64,000 bases of DNA from a virus (Duplodnaviria > Heunggongvirae > Uroviricota > Caudoviricetes). The notes under the pieces were generated by a model. The model saw only the letters and a program-made list of their open reading frames with translations. It did not search any database and was not told the DNA's origin. Every line of letters begins with the position of its first letter. Position 1 is the first letter of the stretch. Below, piece by piece: positions 41,788-54,523 of this stretch. A program made the translations under genes and the position numbers. The stretch lies in the IMG/VR virus record IMGVR_UViG_2579778941_000001. The stretch is one strand, 5' to 3'.

Positions 41788-44700
41788 TTATGCGTATTGT
41801 TGGATGACGGCCAGAACGTCCGCCACGTTGTGTTTTGTCTCGATAATCCACCAGTTACCCGGGAAATCGCTGTTCTTCGCCTTCGCTGGCAGCCAGCGAG
41901 CGCCGAATTTCGCCTTGATTGCGTCTTTCGCACGGAAAAGAACGCCTTTCATGCCTGAGGCTTCCTGAAGCCCAAATACCTCGCCAGCAGCGAATTTTGG
42001 TGCGTACATCATCTTCAGGTCGGCGGTGGATACGCGATAATTCAGACCAAGAGACTGAGCTATGCTGGTGGCATCACCCTGTATTGATGATAACTCTTCT
42101 TGTTTCTCGTTTCTGGCGGCAATTTCTTCCTCCGTGATGTTGCCAAGGGCCAGGTTTATCCGATCAGCGTCGGCCTGTTTCTCTTCATCGGTGCGTCCGG
42201 CAAGAACCGTGTTAACTCTCTGCAATATCTCCACATGATTCTTGCGCATGCTGAGCAATTCCGGCGTAACCTCGTTAAGATCCACCAGCCCAAGGATGGC
42301 AAGGTCGGAAAACATTGATACCAGGTTGTAGGTCATGCGATAGCTGAGTTGACCATAGGCTGATGGCAACTTCACCGCATCCATTTGATAGGCATCCATA
42401 AATTTAGAGCCGTCGTTTACGACATCCGCAATTGCCGGTGTGATTTTTCCTGTGGTGGCGGCCTCCCTGATTGCTGTTACCCACGATTGAGTCAGCGCGG
42501 CGACTGCATGATTCAGATTGGCTTTCCGTTCTGCTGCAATGCGCGCACTTGCTGCGTCCATTGCCTGCTTGATCTCGTCTTTATTGCTGTAAATGCCAAT
42601 GGTGCCAAACTGTGCTGTGGTGATCTCATAATCTGACGCCCGGAACTCATTGGTACCGAAAATGGCATTGGTGACTTCAAGTTCAGAATCCCCGTTACGA
42701 GTAGACCCCTGGCTTGTTTTTTCCGGCATTCTGGCGATCGCATCCGCTATTTTCTCCTGAATTGCTTCAGGGGATAGCGTATCTCCGTATGACGCGATTA
42801 CATCGCCATAATTGGAGCCAAACAATTCAACCAGGAATGTTTCTGCCGAACGGATCTGGCGGTTATTCCCTTCCGACATCATACCAAGCACCCATTTTGC
42901 AATTGACGACTTCAGCGCGCCGTCACGGCGATCCGGGTAAACCGCATGCTTCAGTGGGTCCGTATAGGTGCCAACAAAATCAATGCTATAGCCTGACTCT
43001 GTAGTCTGAACGCCGTATGAGTCAGTGATTTTGATCATGCCGCGCTGCTGGAAACGGTAGAAATCGTCACAGGAAATGATGTCGTTAATCCCGGCGATGG
43101 AGACGCCACCACTGATTTTCTGCATAACAGCATCTTCATCGGGAGTTACATCCACCTGTTTATCCAGCGTCTTCACATCCCAGTTACCCGATTTGGTGCC
43201 TTTGAAGGTAAAGATGATCTCCACGTCTGCGCGCTGGCTGTCGAAGTCCAGCGACTTAATGCGAACGATATCACCGGCACAATCGTAGTATTGGCCTACA
43301 CGCCATGAGCGATCGCCGATAACAAGGAACTCACTCGCATGGTTAACCAGGTCAGGATCTACATCCAGAATGCCTTTATTTATTGCATCCTCCACCAGCG
43401 GGCGCAGGCGTTTGATATCCGTCGCGGCCTTCTGAGTACGGTTCAATAATTTCTCATAGCGGGAGATGGCTTGAGAGATATTAGCCTTGCGCTGAATGGC
43501 GCTTTTCAACGACGCGCGATACTGTGCTAACAACATACGGTCTGTGTGATGGACACTCCCCCAGCGGGCCTTCCAGTCTGCGTTATCCGCTGCCTTGGCC
43601 ATTGCCGCCTGTTTGAATTTAGCTACCTCGGCGGTGGTCTTTTCAAGTTCCGCTTTGCTTCGCTCTAATTCAGCGGTAAGTACCTCCACATCCTCGCCAG
43701 CTGCGTGCTGCGCCTTGATGTAGTTCTGAAGGTCGATAGTAGCCTGTTCTTTCTGGCGAGCGCGTTGCGCGGCTTTCGCCTTATCCATTTGAACCTGCAT
43801 CATTGCCAGACGTTCGCCATCATCCTTAGCGGTATACATCTGCATTTCGATCATATCGTTGGCGTCGGCGTTCTCCATTTCAGACTTATCTGAGCGGAGG
43901 ATATCGGAGATCCAGCCTGCTTTACGCTTCAGCGTCTTCAGTCGGTATTCATCGAAAGAACCCTTGCCGCAGTAGTAGTGAACGCGAACGCTTGCACGGT
44001 TGGAACCAACTCGGGCACCGCGACCGTTACGCTGTGCGATACTGGCTGGTGTCCATGGCAACGTCAGATGATGGATGTCAGTCGTTCCTCGATGCAGGTT
44101 GATACCCACCTCTGCCTTTTTGTTGCAGATGATGATCGGAGTCCGGCCCTCCTGGAAGTCGGCAGCAATCTTTTCCAGCCCACCCAGCGACATTTCATTT
44201 TGCTGCGCGATATAGGCGTCATACAGAGCCATTTGCTCGTTGTATTTCGCTATCTGTGCATCTGTTGGTTCATCCGGTAGCTCTTTCGGTGGTTTAACCG
44301 CTTTCAGTTTCTTACCGGTTTTACCTGCCTCGGCAACCGTCTGAGCATTCAGGATCCCCACCTTTGAAGGTTCAAGGTTAAGAGCATTGCAGATAATGCG
44401 CTTGAGCTTCTGGTGTTGCGTTTTTTCATCGGTGAAGATGATTTGCTTACCTTCCGGGAAAAACTCCTTCAGCGTGGCAATCAGCTTCGCGTATTTGGGC
44501 GTAACGGGGTGAGTTACGGTCTGTTCGTCAATGCCAAACTTGGCCAGGCGCTTATTCACTTCCGGCTCAAATGCTTCCGGTACCTGCAACTGAATAAACT
44601 CGCCCTTATCTATCAGGGAGTATTGCGATTGCTGCGTGATCGAATCATCACTGTCGTCGTCTTCGCTGGTGGCTTGTTTAGGCAAACTGTCCGCCAGCTG

Positions 44701-47700
44701 CTGCACCGCATCGGCGTACTCCGGCAGGAAACGATAGGTGATCCTGCGATAGTACAGGTCCATGTCAGTACATACGCGGTCCATATCCCTGATTATTGAG
44801 AAGATCGGACGGGCTTTCTCGTGCTCAATCACGCCGTCTTCATTGACCGAGGTCGTTACGCCATTGTTGGCTTTGGCTGCCGCTTCCGCCTGCTGACGCA
44901 ATTCTTCATACGCCGCCAGTTGTTCTTCCGTAAGTGGTGCATCCTGCTGGTGTTCGTCCAGTTCCGGGATCTCCACGGTATCCTTAACGTCTTCCGCCGT
45001 TTTAAGCGTTGTCCAGCGATGGAATATGCCGCGCAGCGCATCAAGGTTTTCAAAGCCCACCAGCGCCATTTTTTCTTCAACTTCACCGCTGATTTTCTGT
45101 ACCGTTTCCAGCCTGGTCTTGCCGAAGAATTTTACGAAGTCATCAGGACTGTAGATCCCCATCTTCTGCCAGTATTCCTTCGGCAGAACATGAGAAAGCA
45201 TGTTGTATGCATCGATCGGGGTGTTAACGACTGGCGTTGCAGTCAGGAGAACCGGTCCGCGCCCACCATTCTTTTTCATCAGGTACGCGTTTTTAATTGC
45301 CATATCCCGCGCCGATTGCGCCACCGCGCTGGTGGGCAGATAGGCCAGTTGTGACGCTTCGCGACCATTTTTATAGCTATTGCGGTAGTTGTGACCTTCG
45401 TCAGCGATCACACTATCGAAGCCCATATCCTCAAAGTACGGATACTTCTCTGCTTTTTCGGTGCCGGTATCTGAATACTCCGACAATACCCGGCGACGCG
45501 CGGCCTCTTTGCGGTGGGAGTCGGAGTCCATTGCGCTGGCTACGCGCCCGGCGGCAACGAAGTCATAAAGCATATCCTGTGCATGCTCATCTACGGTGTC
45601 ATCACGTAGCGGAATGCGGGCGTATTGTTCTTTGGTAAACACGACTGCACGGTAATTTGAGTGCGGGATCGCGTTCATCCGCGCCGTGATAGTGGCTTCA
45701 TCTGCCAGCTTAAGAGCATCGCGCATAACTGGAGTGCCATCAGTACCAAGAACAGGTTTACCGTTCTCATCGAGCACCGGCACCTGGCGAATCTGATCGC
45801 CATCCATCAGCACATCAAGACCGACGAACAGGTAGTTACTGAATGCCTCTTCACTCAGGAATTCTTTTGCTTCGTAATACCAGTTTTCCAGCACTGATTT
45901 AGGCACTACATACGCAGTACGGGTGGAGCGACCGTTCTCATAGTTGAACGCCTCAAGCGCCAGCGCGGTCGTGGTTTTACCCAGCCCGGTGCCGAAGCCC
46001 AGGATGCCGCGCCCATCTTCGGACAGTCGGCGCACCTCGCTATTCTGGTAATCAAATGGCTGGCGCTTACCGCTTAATCCCTTCAACCCAAGCGGATCGC
46101 CAGAGTGTTCATACGGGATATTGCTATTGAACACATCGTTGTATTTGGCAACCAGCTCATCGTAGCGATCGTGCGTCTTGATCCACTTATTGAACTGGTC
46201 CTCAAGCAGTGCCATCTGCTCGCGGTAGCCGTTCGCCGTCGCGCTATCTTTGCCACCGATACGCGCACCATTGAGATACTTTTCCAGCTGTGCCGGGAAC
46301 CCGGTCGCGTTTTCACCTGATTTACGGTCCCACTCGTAGCGGATCTCTCCTGTTTCTTTATCCTTGCGCTGGACGACACCGTATCGGTGCCCGACGAACA
46401 GACCATCACCACCGTGATAGGTGTCAGAAACCATTTCGTCGCCTTCCAGCTGCACTGACTGCACATAGCGAAGATCCGGATAGCCGTTTTCCTGCAAAAA
46501 TTCCAGAATGACGGAACGGTCGAACCAACGGCTATTGAGCTTAAAGCGGATATTCTCTGCTGGCGTCTTGATGCGCTTCTCTTCGATCGCTGCCAGCTGA
46601 TTAAGGACGTTGTTCTTTACTGGACCGTCGGGGAGTGTGGCAAGGAATTCCTGTTTTGGTGCCACTATCTCGTTAATGTCGCCGCTGGTGGCGCGGGCGA
46701 ACGGAACAATCCCGCCATACGGTGAAACCGCAATGCCAGGGGTGCTGGCCAATAAATTAAGCAACTCGTCATCACTGGCTGGCAGTTCGCCGGTAAACGC
46801 AAGGCGGAAATCATCGAGCTGGATTGGATCGCGAGTGAGATCACTGTAGAGATAACGCAGGGTGTCCTGATAGCTGGTGGAGTCATAACTGGCGCTGGAA
46901 TCATGCGTAACCAGTTTTCCTGTCAGCTCGTCAGAAATAGTGCCATCCAGCTTAATTGCACCACGGAAAGCAAACCAGGCGCGCGCACCGCTCCCCGATA
47001 ATTTCGCTATCGGACCGCGACCGGGGTTACCAAAACGGTCAATCTCTGCCTGCAAACGGGATACCAGAGAAAGGCGCTGCTGTTCGATTTGTTCAGCACT
47101 ATGCCCGGCGGCCTTCATGTCCTGATATTCAATTAACATCCGGCCAATCATCGCCCCGCGATACAAGCGTTCACGGTATTTTTCAGGCTGGCTGTTAATC
47201 CAGTCCACCAGCTGCACCATATCGTCGCTGATTGATGTGGTGTACTTATCGCGGACATTTGCCATCTGGGTAAATGTCATACCGAGACGGCCTTCTGTTG
47301 TAGTCAGGTTACGCTGAAGAGCCTCCCAGCTGTCCGCGCCATAACTGGCAACATCAATCTTCAGCTCCTTCCCTGCATCAGCTTCAATCCAGCGACCACC
47401 AACATATTTTTGCCATACGCCATTAATCAGGCGCATTTCCCCTTCATCAACAACGTCTGCGGTCAGTGACGGTTCAGCCATATTGAGCAAAGACCAGTCG
47501 ATACGACTTTCGAAACGATGAATCAGCTTCGCTTTAAGAGCCTGGTTATCAATCTGCCCGTCGGCACGAACCTCAATACGCCCCTGGAATCCCTTCTCCT
47601 GAGTGCCATGAACAAACCGGCGGCCGTCCTTTTCAAACCACTTGCCAGAAATAAACGTTGGCCAAAGCACATTTGCCGATTCAAGAGTGCCTTCATCCAC

Positions 47701-48555
47701 CAGGGGGATTTTCTCAGCCATCTCCGCCGGATGTTTGCGCATCAGCACCACGTCAACGACCGTACTGGTCCCGTTTGCGTCAAAAGTACCGGTAGGCAAG
47801 CGGTGGGCACCAAGAAATTCAGCTTTCCGTGATAGGCGCAGGCGTAACCGCTTCATGTTTGAACCTGAAACAATGGACGGCGGCACAATCACGCACATGA
47901 ATCCGCCTGGCTTTATCTTGTCCAGCATGCGGAGCATGAAGTAAGAACCCATGTCCGTTTCTTCTGCGTAAGGCTTATCGATGTTGCGTGTGTTATCACG
48001 ACCACCGAACGGAACGTTACCCACAACATGGTCGAATGAATCGTTAGGCGTGCTTACAGCCAGCTGTTCGAACGGGGAAATCTGTACGCTGTCTTCCGGG
48101 TGTAACAGCTGGTTTATACGACCGGAAACACTGCTGATCTCAGTCGCAGTCATCACCGTACCAACCGGTTTTGTCTCATTAAAAACGCCGGTGCCCGCCG
48201 ATGGTTCCAGAGTGTTACCTACGTCCGCGCCGTAGAGCTTCATGATCTCCCAGACACCTTCAGCGATCGGCTTTGGTGTGTAATATTCGGAGACGGACCC
48301 GCCAATGCCGCCTTCACCGGTGTACCCAGCCAGGATCTGGCGCTGTTCATCTGTCAGTGTCGCGCCGTCCACCAGCGAATTAAGCAAATCTATCGCCTTC
48401 TGATTCGCCTCCCGGCGCAGTCGGTCATAGCTTTTGCCTTCCACCTTTTCCACGCCGTATTTAATCGGCGCTCGGTGAGATGTTATTGCCCTAATGTATT
48501 TCAATATTTCGCTGACACTTGAACAGCGAAACACCCCCATAGATAGCTTGTTCAT
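41788..48555 (-). CDS. darB: DarB antirestriction protein: N-terminal N6-adenine MTase-like domain fused to SF2/SNF2-type helicase
   Basis: 2255 aa (same length as P1 DarB as I recall); MTase motifs EPSAGTGVF and GNVPFGG; helicase Walker A GFGTGLGKTT, DEGH box VIADEGHNY, motif VI QRNGRGARVG. Confidence 0.9.
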   Translation of the reverse strand: MNKLSMGVFRCSSVSEILKYIRAITSHRAPIKYGVEKVEGKSYDRLRREANQKAIDLLNSLVDGATLTDEQRQILAGYTGEGGIGGSVSEYYTPKPIAEGVWEIMKLYGADVGNTLEPSAGTGVFNETKPVGTVMTATEISSVSGRINQLLHPEDSVQISPFEQLAVSTPNDSFDHVVGNVPFGGRDNTRNIDKPYAEETDMGSYFMLRMLDKIKPGGFMCVIVPPSIVSGSNMKRLRLRLSRKAEFLGAHRLPTGTFDANGTSTVVDVVLMRKHPAEMAEKIPLVDEGTLESANVLWPTFISGKWFEKDGRRFVHGTQEKGFQGRIEVRADGQIDNQALKAKLIHRFESRIDWSLLNMAEPSLTADVVDEGEMRLINGVWQKYVGGRWIEADAGKELKIDVASYGADSWEALQRNLTTTEGRLGMTFTQMANVRDKYTTSISDDMVQLVDWINSQPEKYRERLYRGAMIGRMLIEYQDMKAAGHSAEQIEQQRLSLVSRLQAEIDRFGNPGRGPIAKLSGSGARAWFAFRGAIKLDGTISDELTGKLVTHDSSASYDSTSYQDTLRYLYSDLTRDPIQLDDFRLAFTGELPASDDELLNLLASTPGIAVSPYGGIVPFARATSGDINEIVAPKQEFLATLPDGPVKNNVLNQLAAIEEKRIKTPAENIRFKLNSRWFDRSVILEFLQENGYPDLRYVQSVQLEGDEMVSDTYHGGDGLFVGHRYGVVQRKDKETGEIRYEWDRKSGENATGFPAQLEKYLNGARIGGKDSATANGYREQMALLEDQFNKWIKTHDRYDELVAKYNDVFNSNIPYEHSGDPLGLKGLSGKRQPFDYQNSEVRRLSEDGRGILGFGTGLGKTTTALALEAFNYENGRSTRTAYVVPKSVLENWYYEAKEFLSEEAFSNYLFVGLDVLMDGDQIRQVPVLDENGKPVLGTDGTPVMRDALKLADEATITARMNAIPHSNYRAVVFTKEQYARIPLRDDTVDEHAQDMLYDFVAAGRVASAMDSDSHRKEAARRRVLSEYSDTGTEKAEKYPYFEDMGFDSVIADEGHNYRNSYKNGREASQLAYLPTSAVAQSARDMAIKNAYLMKKNGGRGPVLLTATPVVNTPIDAYNMLSHVLPKEYWQKMGIYSPDDFVKFFGKTRLETVQKISGEVEEKMALVGFENLDALRGIFHRWTTLKTAEDVKDTVEIPELDEHQQDAPLTEEQLAAYEELRQQAEAAAKANNGVTTSVNEDGVIEHEKARPIFSIIRDMDRVCTDMDLYYRRITYRFLPEYADAVQQLADSLPKQATSEDDDSDDSITQQSQYSLIDKGEFIQLQVPEAFEPEVNKRLAKFGIDEQTVTHPVTPKYAKLIATLKEFFPEGKQIIFTDEKTQHQKLKRIICNALNLEPSKVGILNAQTVAEAGKTGKKLKAVKPPKELPDEPTDAQIAKYNEQMALYDAYIAQQNEMSLGGLEKIAADFQEGRTPIIICNKKAEVGINLHRGTTDIHHLTLPWTPASIAQRNGRGARVGSNRASVRVHYYCGKGSFDEYRLKTLKRKAGWISDILRSDKSEMENADANDMIEMQMYTAKDDGERLAMMQVQMDKAKAAQRARQKEQATIDLQNYIKAQHAAGEDVEVLTAELERSKAELEKTTAEVAKFKQAAMAKAADNADWKARWGSVHHTDRMLLAQYRASLKSAIQRKANISQAISRYEKLLNRTQKAATDIKRLRPLVEDAINKGILDVDPDLVNHASEFLVIGDRSWRVGQYYDCAGDIVRIKSLDFDSQRADVEIIFTFKGTKSGNWDVKTLDKQVDVTPDEDAVMQKISGGVSIAGINDIISCDDFYRFQQRGMIKITDSYGVQTTESGYSIDFVGTYTDPLKHAVYPDRRDGALKSSIAKWVLGMMSEGNNRQIRSAETFLVELFGSNYGDVIASYGDTLSPEAIQEKIADAIARMPEKTSQGSTRNGDSELEVTNAIFGTNEFRASDYEITTAQFGTIGIYSNKDEIKQAMDAASARIAAERKANLNHAVAALTQSWVTAIREAATTGKITPAIADVVNDGSKFMDAYQMDAVKLPSAYGQLSYRMTYNLVSMFSDLAILGLVDLNEVTPELLSMRKNHVEILQRVNTVLAGRTDEEKQADADRINLALGNITEEEIAARNEKQEELSSIQGDATSIAQSLGLNYRVSTADLKMMYAPKFAAGEVFGLQEASGMKGVLFRAKDAIKAKFGARWLPAKAKNSDFPGNWWIIETKHNVADVLAVIQQYA

Positions 48556-48566
48556 TGGTAATCCTT

Positions 48567-48587
48567 AACAAGTGACTAGTGTTAAAT
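48567..48587 (+). promoter_or_regulatory. Late-promoter-like element upstream of prt (AACAAGTGACTAGTGTTAAAT)
   Basis: Motif shared with 15201-15224 (minus), 31868-31890 and 52302-52310 (minus). Confidence 0.5.
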
Positions 48588-48621
48588 TCCGTTCAAACAC
48601 GATGTGAATTATTCTAATTAA

Positions 48622-51352
<2,731 letters not shown>

Positions 51353-51396
51353 CCACCAAAAATAACCCCGGCGGCTGCCGGGGTTCTCGTTAACTA

Positions 51397-51651
51397 TTAT
51401 CGACTTCGCCTGCGTGCCATATATTTGCGCACCGCGCGGCGTGGACAATCTGAAGCGGTTTCTTTCTGCTGCATCAATCTTGCAGCCATGCTCATAAATG
51501 TCAGGCACAGCCGAAGCCCGGCATACAATAGCGGTTCCAGTGGCCACGTCTCATTGAGCACATATACCGCCATGAAAATCGAGTCAAAAACTATCGCCGC
51601 CAGCGATAACTTCATTGTCGAAAGTCGGCGGAGCTGCCGGAGTTTATTCAT
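51397..51651 (-). CDS. Small membrane protein downstream of lyz (lydD/lydE-like position)
   Basis: 84 aa with hydrophobic helices; overlaps lyz stop. Confidence 0.35.
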   Translation of the reverse strand: MNKLRQLRRLSTMKLSLAAIVFDSIFMAVYVLNETWPLEPLLYAGLRLCLTFMSMAARLMQQKETASDCPRRAVRKYMARRRSR

Positions 51652-52201
51652 TGACCAGTCCCGTCAGGCAAAGCTGGCGTTCTTTTTCACGGCGAATCTT
51701 TAAACCTCGCAGGGGCACGCCGTTACTGTTCACGAAATCAGGGAGATGGTTACACATATTCACCCATTCCCCTTTCTGCGCCCACTTGTGGATGGACGTT
51801 TCTACTCGCATGCCTCGCGCTTTGCTGTAGTAGGTCCGTAAGCTATTGCATCCCATATTGAATGCCGCGCTTGTCATTGCACTGAAGGCATTATCGGGCA
51901 TGTCTTTGCCCCGGAAGTGCTGATTAATACAGCGTTCAGCGATCAGGATATTCTTTTCCCAATCAGCGGCGATTTGCTGGTCTGTTTTTCGCACACCCGG
52001 CGTTACCCCGTGTGTATTACCGATCCCGTCAGTCCATACCCCTGCCGGGCACATGTATGGATCACGTCGGCAACCTTCAGCGTTACCAATCAGCTCAAGC
52101 CCCGCCTGGTTGGTTCGCACATTGCCATTACCCATCACGATGGTAATCATCACCGCGATAGCGCAAATTGCACCGCCTCCTGCGGCTGTTTTTCCCTTCA
52201 T
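51644..52201 (-). CDS. lyz: SAR endolysin (T4-lysozyme-like, GH24) with N-terminal signal-arrest-release helix
   Basis: 185 aa starting MKGKTAAGGGAICAIAVMITIV (Gly/Ala-rich SAR helix), then GLELIGNAEGCRRDPYMCPAGVWTDGIGNT; track ORF extends 33 codons upstream. Confidence 0.85.
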   Translation of the reverse strand: MKGKTAAGGGAICAIAVMITIVMGNGNVRTNQAGLELIGNAEGCRRDPYMCPAGVWTDGIGNTHGVTPGVRKTDQQIAADWEKNILIAERCINQHFRGKDMPDNAFSAMTSAAFNMGCNSLRTYYSKARGMRVETSIHKWAQKGEWVNMCNHLPDFVNSNGVPLRGLKIRREKERQLCLTGLVNE

Positions 52202-52301
52202 AAAGACCTCATAAGCGAATTTTTTACGCTCCAGGACAAACACCCATTCACAGCCAATACCGACTGACTCGATCCCTTTAGAAGGCACAGGATAATGCAA
52301 A

Positions 52302-52351
52302 TCACTTGTTAGCTACGTTTCAAAGATATACATTATTGCTCTAATTATTTT
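52302..52351. promoter_or_regulatory. Divergent control region: late-promoter-like AACAAGTGA (minus, 52302-52310) for lyz and C1 operator ATTGCTCTAATTATTTT (52335-52351) before ssb
   Basis: Both motifs seen directly. Confidence 0.5.
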
Positions 52352-52370
52352 ATTTTATTAGGTAAGAAAA

Positions 52371-52859
52371 GTGGCACAACGCGGTGTAAACAAAGTCATC
52401 CTGATTGGTACCCTGGGGCAAGACCCGGAGATCAGGTATATACCAAATGGCGGCGCGGTCGGAAGACTCAGCATCGCAACGAATGAATCATGGCGCGACA
52501 AGCAAACGGGCCAACAGAAAGAGCAAACAGAATGGCATAAAGTCGTTTTGTTCGGAAAACTTGCTGAAATTGCGAGTGAGTATTTAAGAAAAGGTTCTCA
52601 GGTCTACATCGAAGGGAAACTTAAAACCCGTAAGTGGACAGATGACGCCGGTGTAGAACGTTACACGACGGAAATTATCGTCAGCCAGGGCGGCACCATG
52701 CAAATGATCGGCGCTCGCCGTGACGATTCACAGTCCTCAAATGGCTGGGGGCAATCAAACCAACCTCAAAACCACCAGCAATACAGTGGTGGCGGTAAAC
52801 CTCAGAGCAACGCCAATAACGAACCTCCAATGGACTTTGACGACGATATTCCGTTTTGA
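52371..52859 (+). CDS. ssb: Single-stranded DNA-binding protein
   Basis: Near-colinear with E. coli SSB: [20 protein letters not shown]...[13 protein letters not shown]...C-terminal DDDIPF tail. Confidence 0.92.
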   Translation: MAQRGVNKVILIGTLGQDPEIRYIPNGGAVGRLSIATNESWRDKQTGQQKEQTEWHKVVLFGKLAEIASEYLRKGSQVYIEGKLKTRKWTDDAGVERYTTEIIVSQGGTMQMIGARRDDSQSSNGWGQSNQPQNHQQYSGGGKPQSNANNEPPMDFDDDIPF

Positions 52860-53056
52860 ATGTGTAAAAAACGACTGAAAGAAAAGCGGTGGTCCAGACG
52901 CCGACAAAAGCACGAACTCGCAAACAAACGCCAAAGTTGGCAATGGCACGCGCTTTTCACGAAAAGAACACCCCGAGATATTGCGTTCGCTGGTGGGAAA
53001 ACATTCCTGACCCACCTGAAGGCGCAATACATCAGGTTTTAAGCAGAGGAAAGACT

Positions 53057-53734
53057 ATGAATAACATGACAACGAAAGAGCTTTTGACGGCACTTCCAAA
53101 ATACAAAAGCCATAAAACAGTTCGCGCCTCAAAAATCAAAGATATCGAAATTATCGCCCTAATGGATGTGGTCCTTTTTTGCAACATCGAAGTCGTTGAG
53201 CCAGAAGGGGTAAAAGTCCATGTTGATAAAATATTTTTGCAAAAACACCGACCAGAAATTGGCGGATATCTGGTCGCTTATGAGGACGGATCTCTGTCCT
53301 ATTCACCAGAAAAAACATTTGAAGAAGGCTTTAGTCGGACTAACGACTTCTTCGAAAATGGGGTATCGCTCAGCATTGAAGGTCACAATGGGGTGACATT
53401 CATTACAGCCAGGGACGTAACTATTTCTGCTGGCGGTATCGCTACTCTACAAGAAGAAATCGACCTTGAAGCAGCCGACTTTTCTGACGCGCTGATGTGG
53501 CTGAAGGATGGCAAGAAAGTTGCCCGACGCGGGTGGAACGGCGAAAACCAATTCTGCTGGCTGGTTCCTGAAGGACAGTACCCGGCACGAATGGAAGCCA
53601 TTAAGGGATATTTCCCCGGCGACCTCGTTCCGTATGGTGCTTATTTCGCCTTAAAAAATGCACAAGGTGTAGTTGTTCCGTGGGTGCCTTCTGTAGGCGA
53701 CTTACTGGCATGTGACTGGTTTGTAGTGGAGTGA
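53057..53734 (+). CDS. Two-domain protein; C-terminal about 85 aa resembles DUF2829 (Tad2-like) small phage proteins
   Basis: GAGGAAAG RBS before ATG 53057; C-terminus FSDALMWLKDGKKVARRGWNGENQFCWL...VGDLLACDWFVVE fits my recollection of the DUF2829 pattern (F-x-EAL...K-x-GKK-V-x-R-x-GWNG ... DW-x-VxE). Confidence 0.45.
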   Translation: MNNMTTKELLTALPKYKSHKTVRASKIKDIEIIALMDVVLFCNIEVVEPEGVKVHVDKIFLQKHRPEIGGYLVAYEDGSLSYSPEKTFEEGFSRTNDFFENGVSLSIEGHNGVTFITARDVTISAGGIATLQEEIDLEAADFSDALMWLKDGKKVARRGWNGENQFCWLVPEGQYPARMEAIKGYFPGDLVPYGAYFALKNAQGVVVPWVPSVGDLLACDWFVVE

Positions 53735-53740
53735 TTTAAC

Positions 53741-54523
53741 GTGGAAAATACTAAAGCAATTCAATACCGCCTGCGTAATGGTCAGAGTGTCGAAGTGACC
53801 ATCAATAATGATGGTGTGCCTGGCGAAAAGGTTTCGATCTCTGATCTGGCTATCGAAAAAACCATCATGTGCCACCTTGGCTTTACTGAAGAAGTGAGCA
53901 AAAAGCATGGTGTAGCAATCTGGAGCGCAATGGATACTGGTATGCACAGATTCATTACTGCTCGTACCCCAGGGATGACCATGATGGACCTCATGCAGAT
54001 TGCGCCGCTGTTTGAATGTGAGCCTTTAGATGTATTCAGCAATCCAGCTATCTGCCAGCAGCTATATGGTGAGATGAAACTCGCGGTTACCCCCATTGTG
54101 CTGCATGAAGGATCGCTTGCTGGCGTGTGGAAAGTGGAGCGTATTTCAAGCTACATGCCTTTCCATGTCAACGGCGTAATCACTGGTGAAAATCAACCTG
54201 TTTCCGTTATAAAGTCAGACCTCAAGCGCGCAATTCTTGAAGCAAGTTGTCGAGTTGTCGGCCTGGGCAAACAGTCTTATGTTTCCTTCCCGGCTGGCCC
54301 TGAAGGCCCGGCAGAAATTCTGATTATGGATGCCGATCTGCTATGGCAAATACAGTTTCTGATTGGCAAAAGCATCATCCGCGCTGAAGAACTCGATCAG
54401 TACATTACCTGCACGATGACGGATGAAGTCAAAAGTGTGGCTATAGCCAATGCCCGGAACCTATGTCGTGCTGCATTAACAGAACTGCAAGAAAACACCA
54501 CGGAAGAGGTGGAAAGTGATTAA
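53741..54523 (+). CDS. Hypothetical protein
   Basis: 260-aa ORF (GTG start) between the DUF2829-like gene and the terminase paralogue. Confidence 0.4.
   Translation: MENTKAIQYRLRNGQSVEVTINNDGVPGEKVSISDLAIEKTIMCHLGFTEEVSKKHGVAIWSAMDTGMHRFITARTPGMTMMDLMQIAPLFECEPLDVFSNPAICQQLYGEMKLAVTPIVLHEGSLAGVWKVERISSYMPFHVNGVITGENQPVSVIKSDLKRAILEASCRVVGLGKQSYVSFPAGPEGPAEILIMDADLLWQIQFLIGKSIIRAEELDQYITCTMTDEVKSVAIANARNLCRAALTELQENTTEEVESD

Noticed and set aside
39000-41800. Thoeris-type two-gene system (SIR2 ThsA plus TIR ThsB) or SIR2-HerA pair
   Set aside because: No TIR-like or HerA-like ORF adjacent; the neighbours look like P1-core mat-like and lxc/ulx genes with core-like base composition, so the SIR2 gene appears to stand alone.
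42100-48235. Numerous plus-strand ORFs of 60-180 aa inside darB (e.g. 44413..44799, 44821..45354)
   Set aside because: All lie antisense within a continuous 2255-aa coding frame with strong helicase/MTase motifs; low-complexity Arg/Leu-rich translations typical of antisense frames.
51397-51651. Calling this small membrane ORF a spanin
   Set aside because: Only hydrophobic helices are visible; no lipobox or clear i-spanin/o-spanin architecture, so left as a hypothetical membrane protein.
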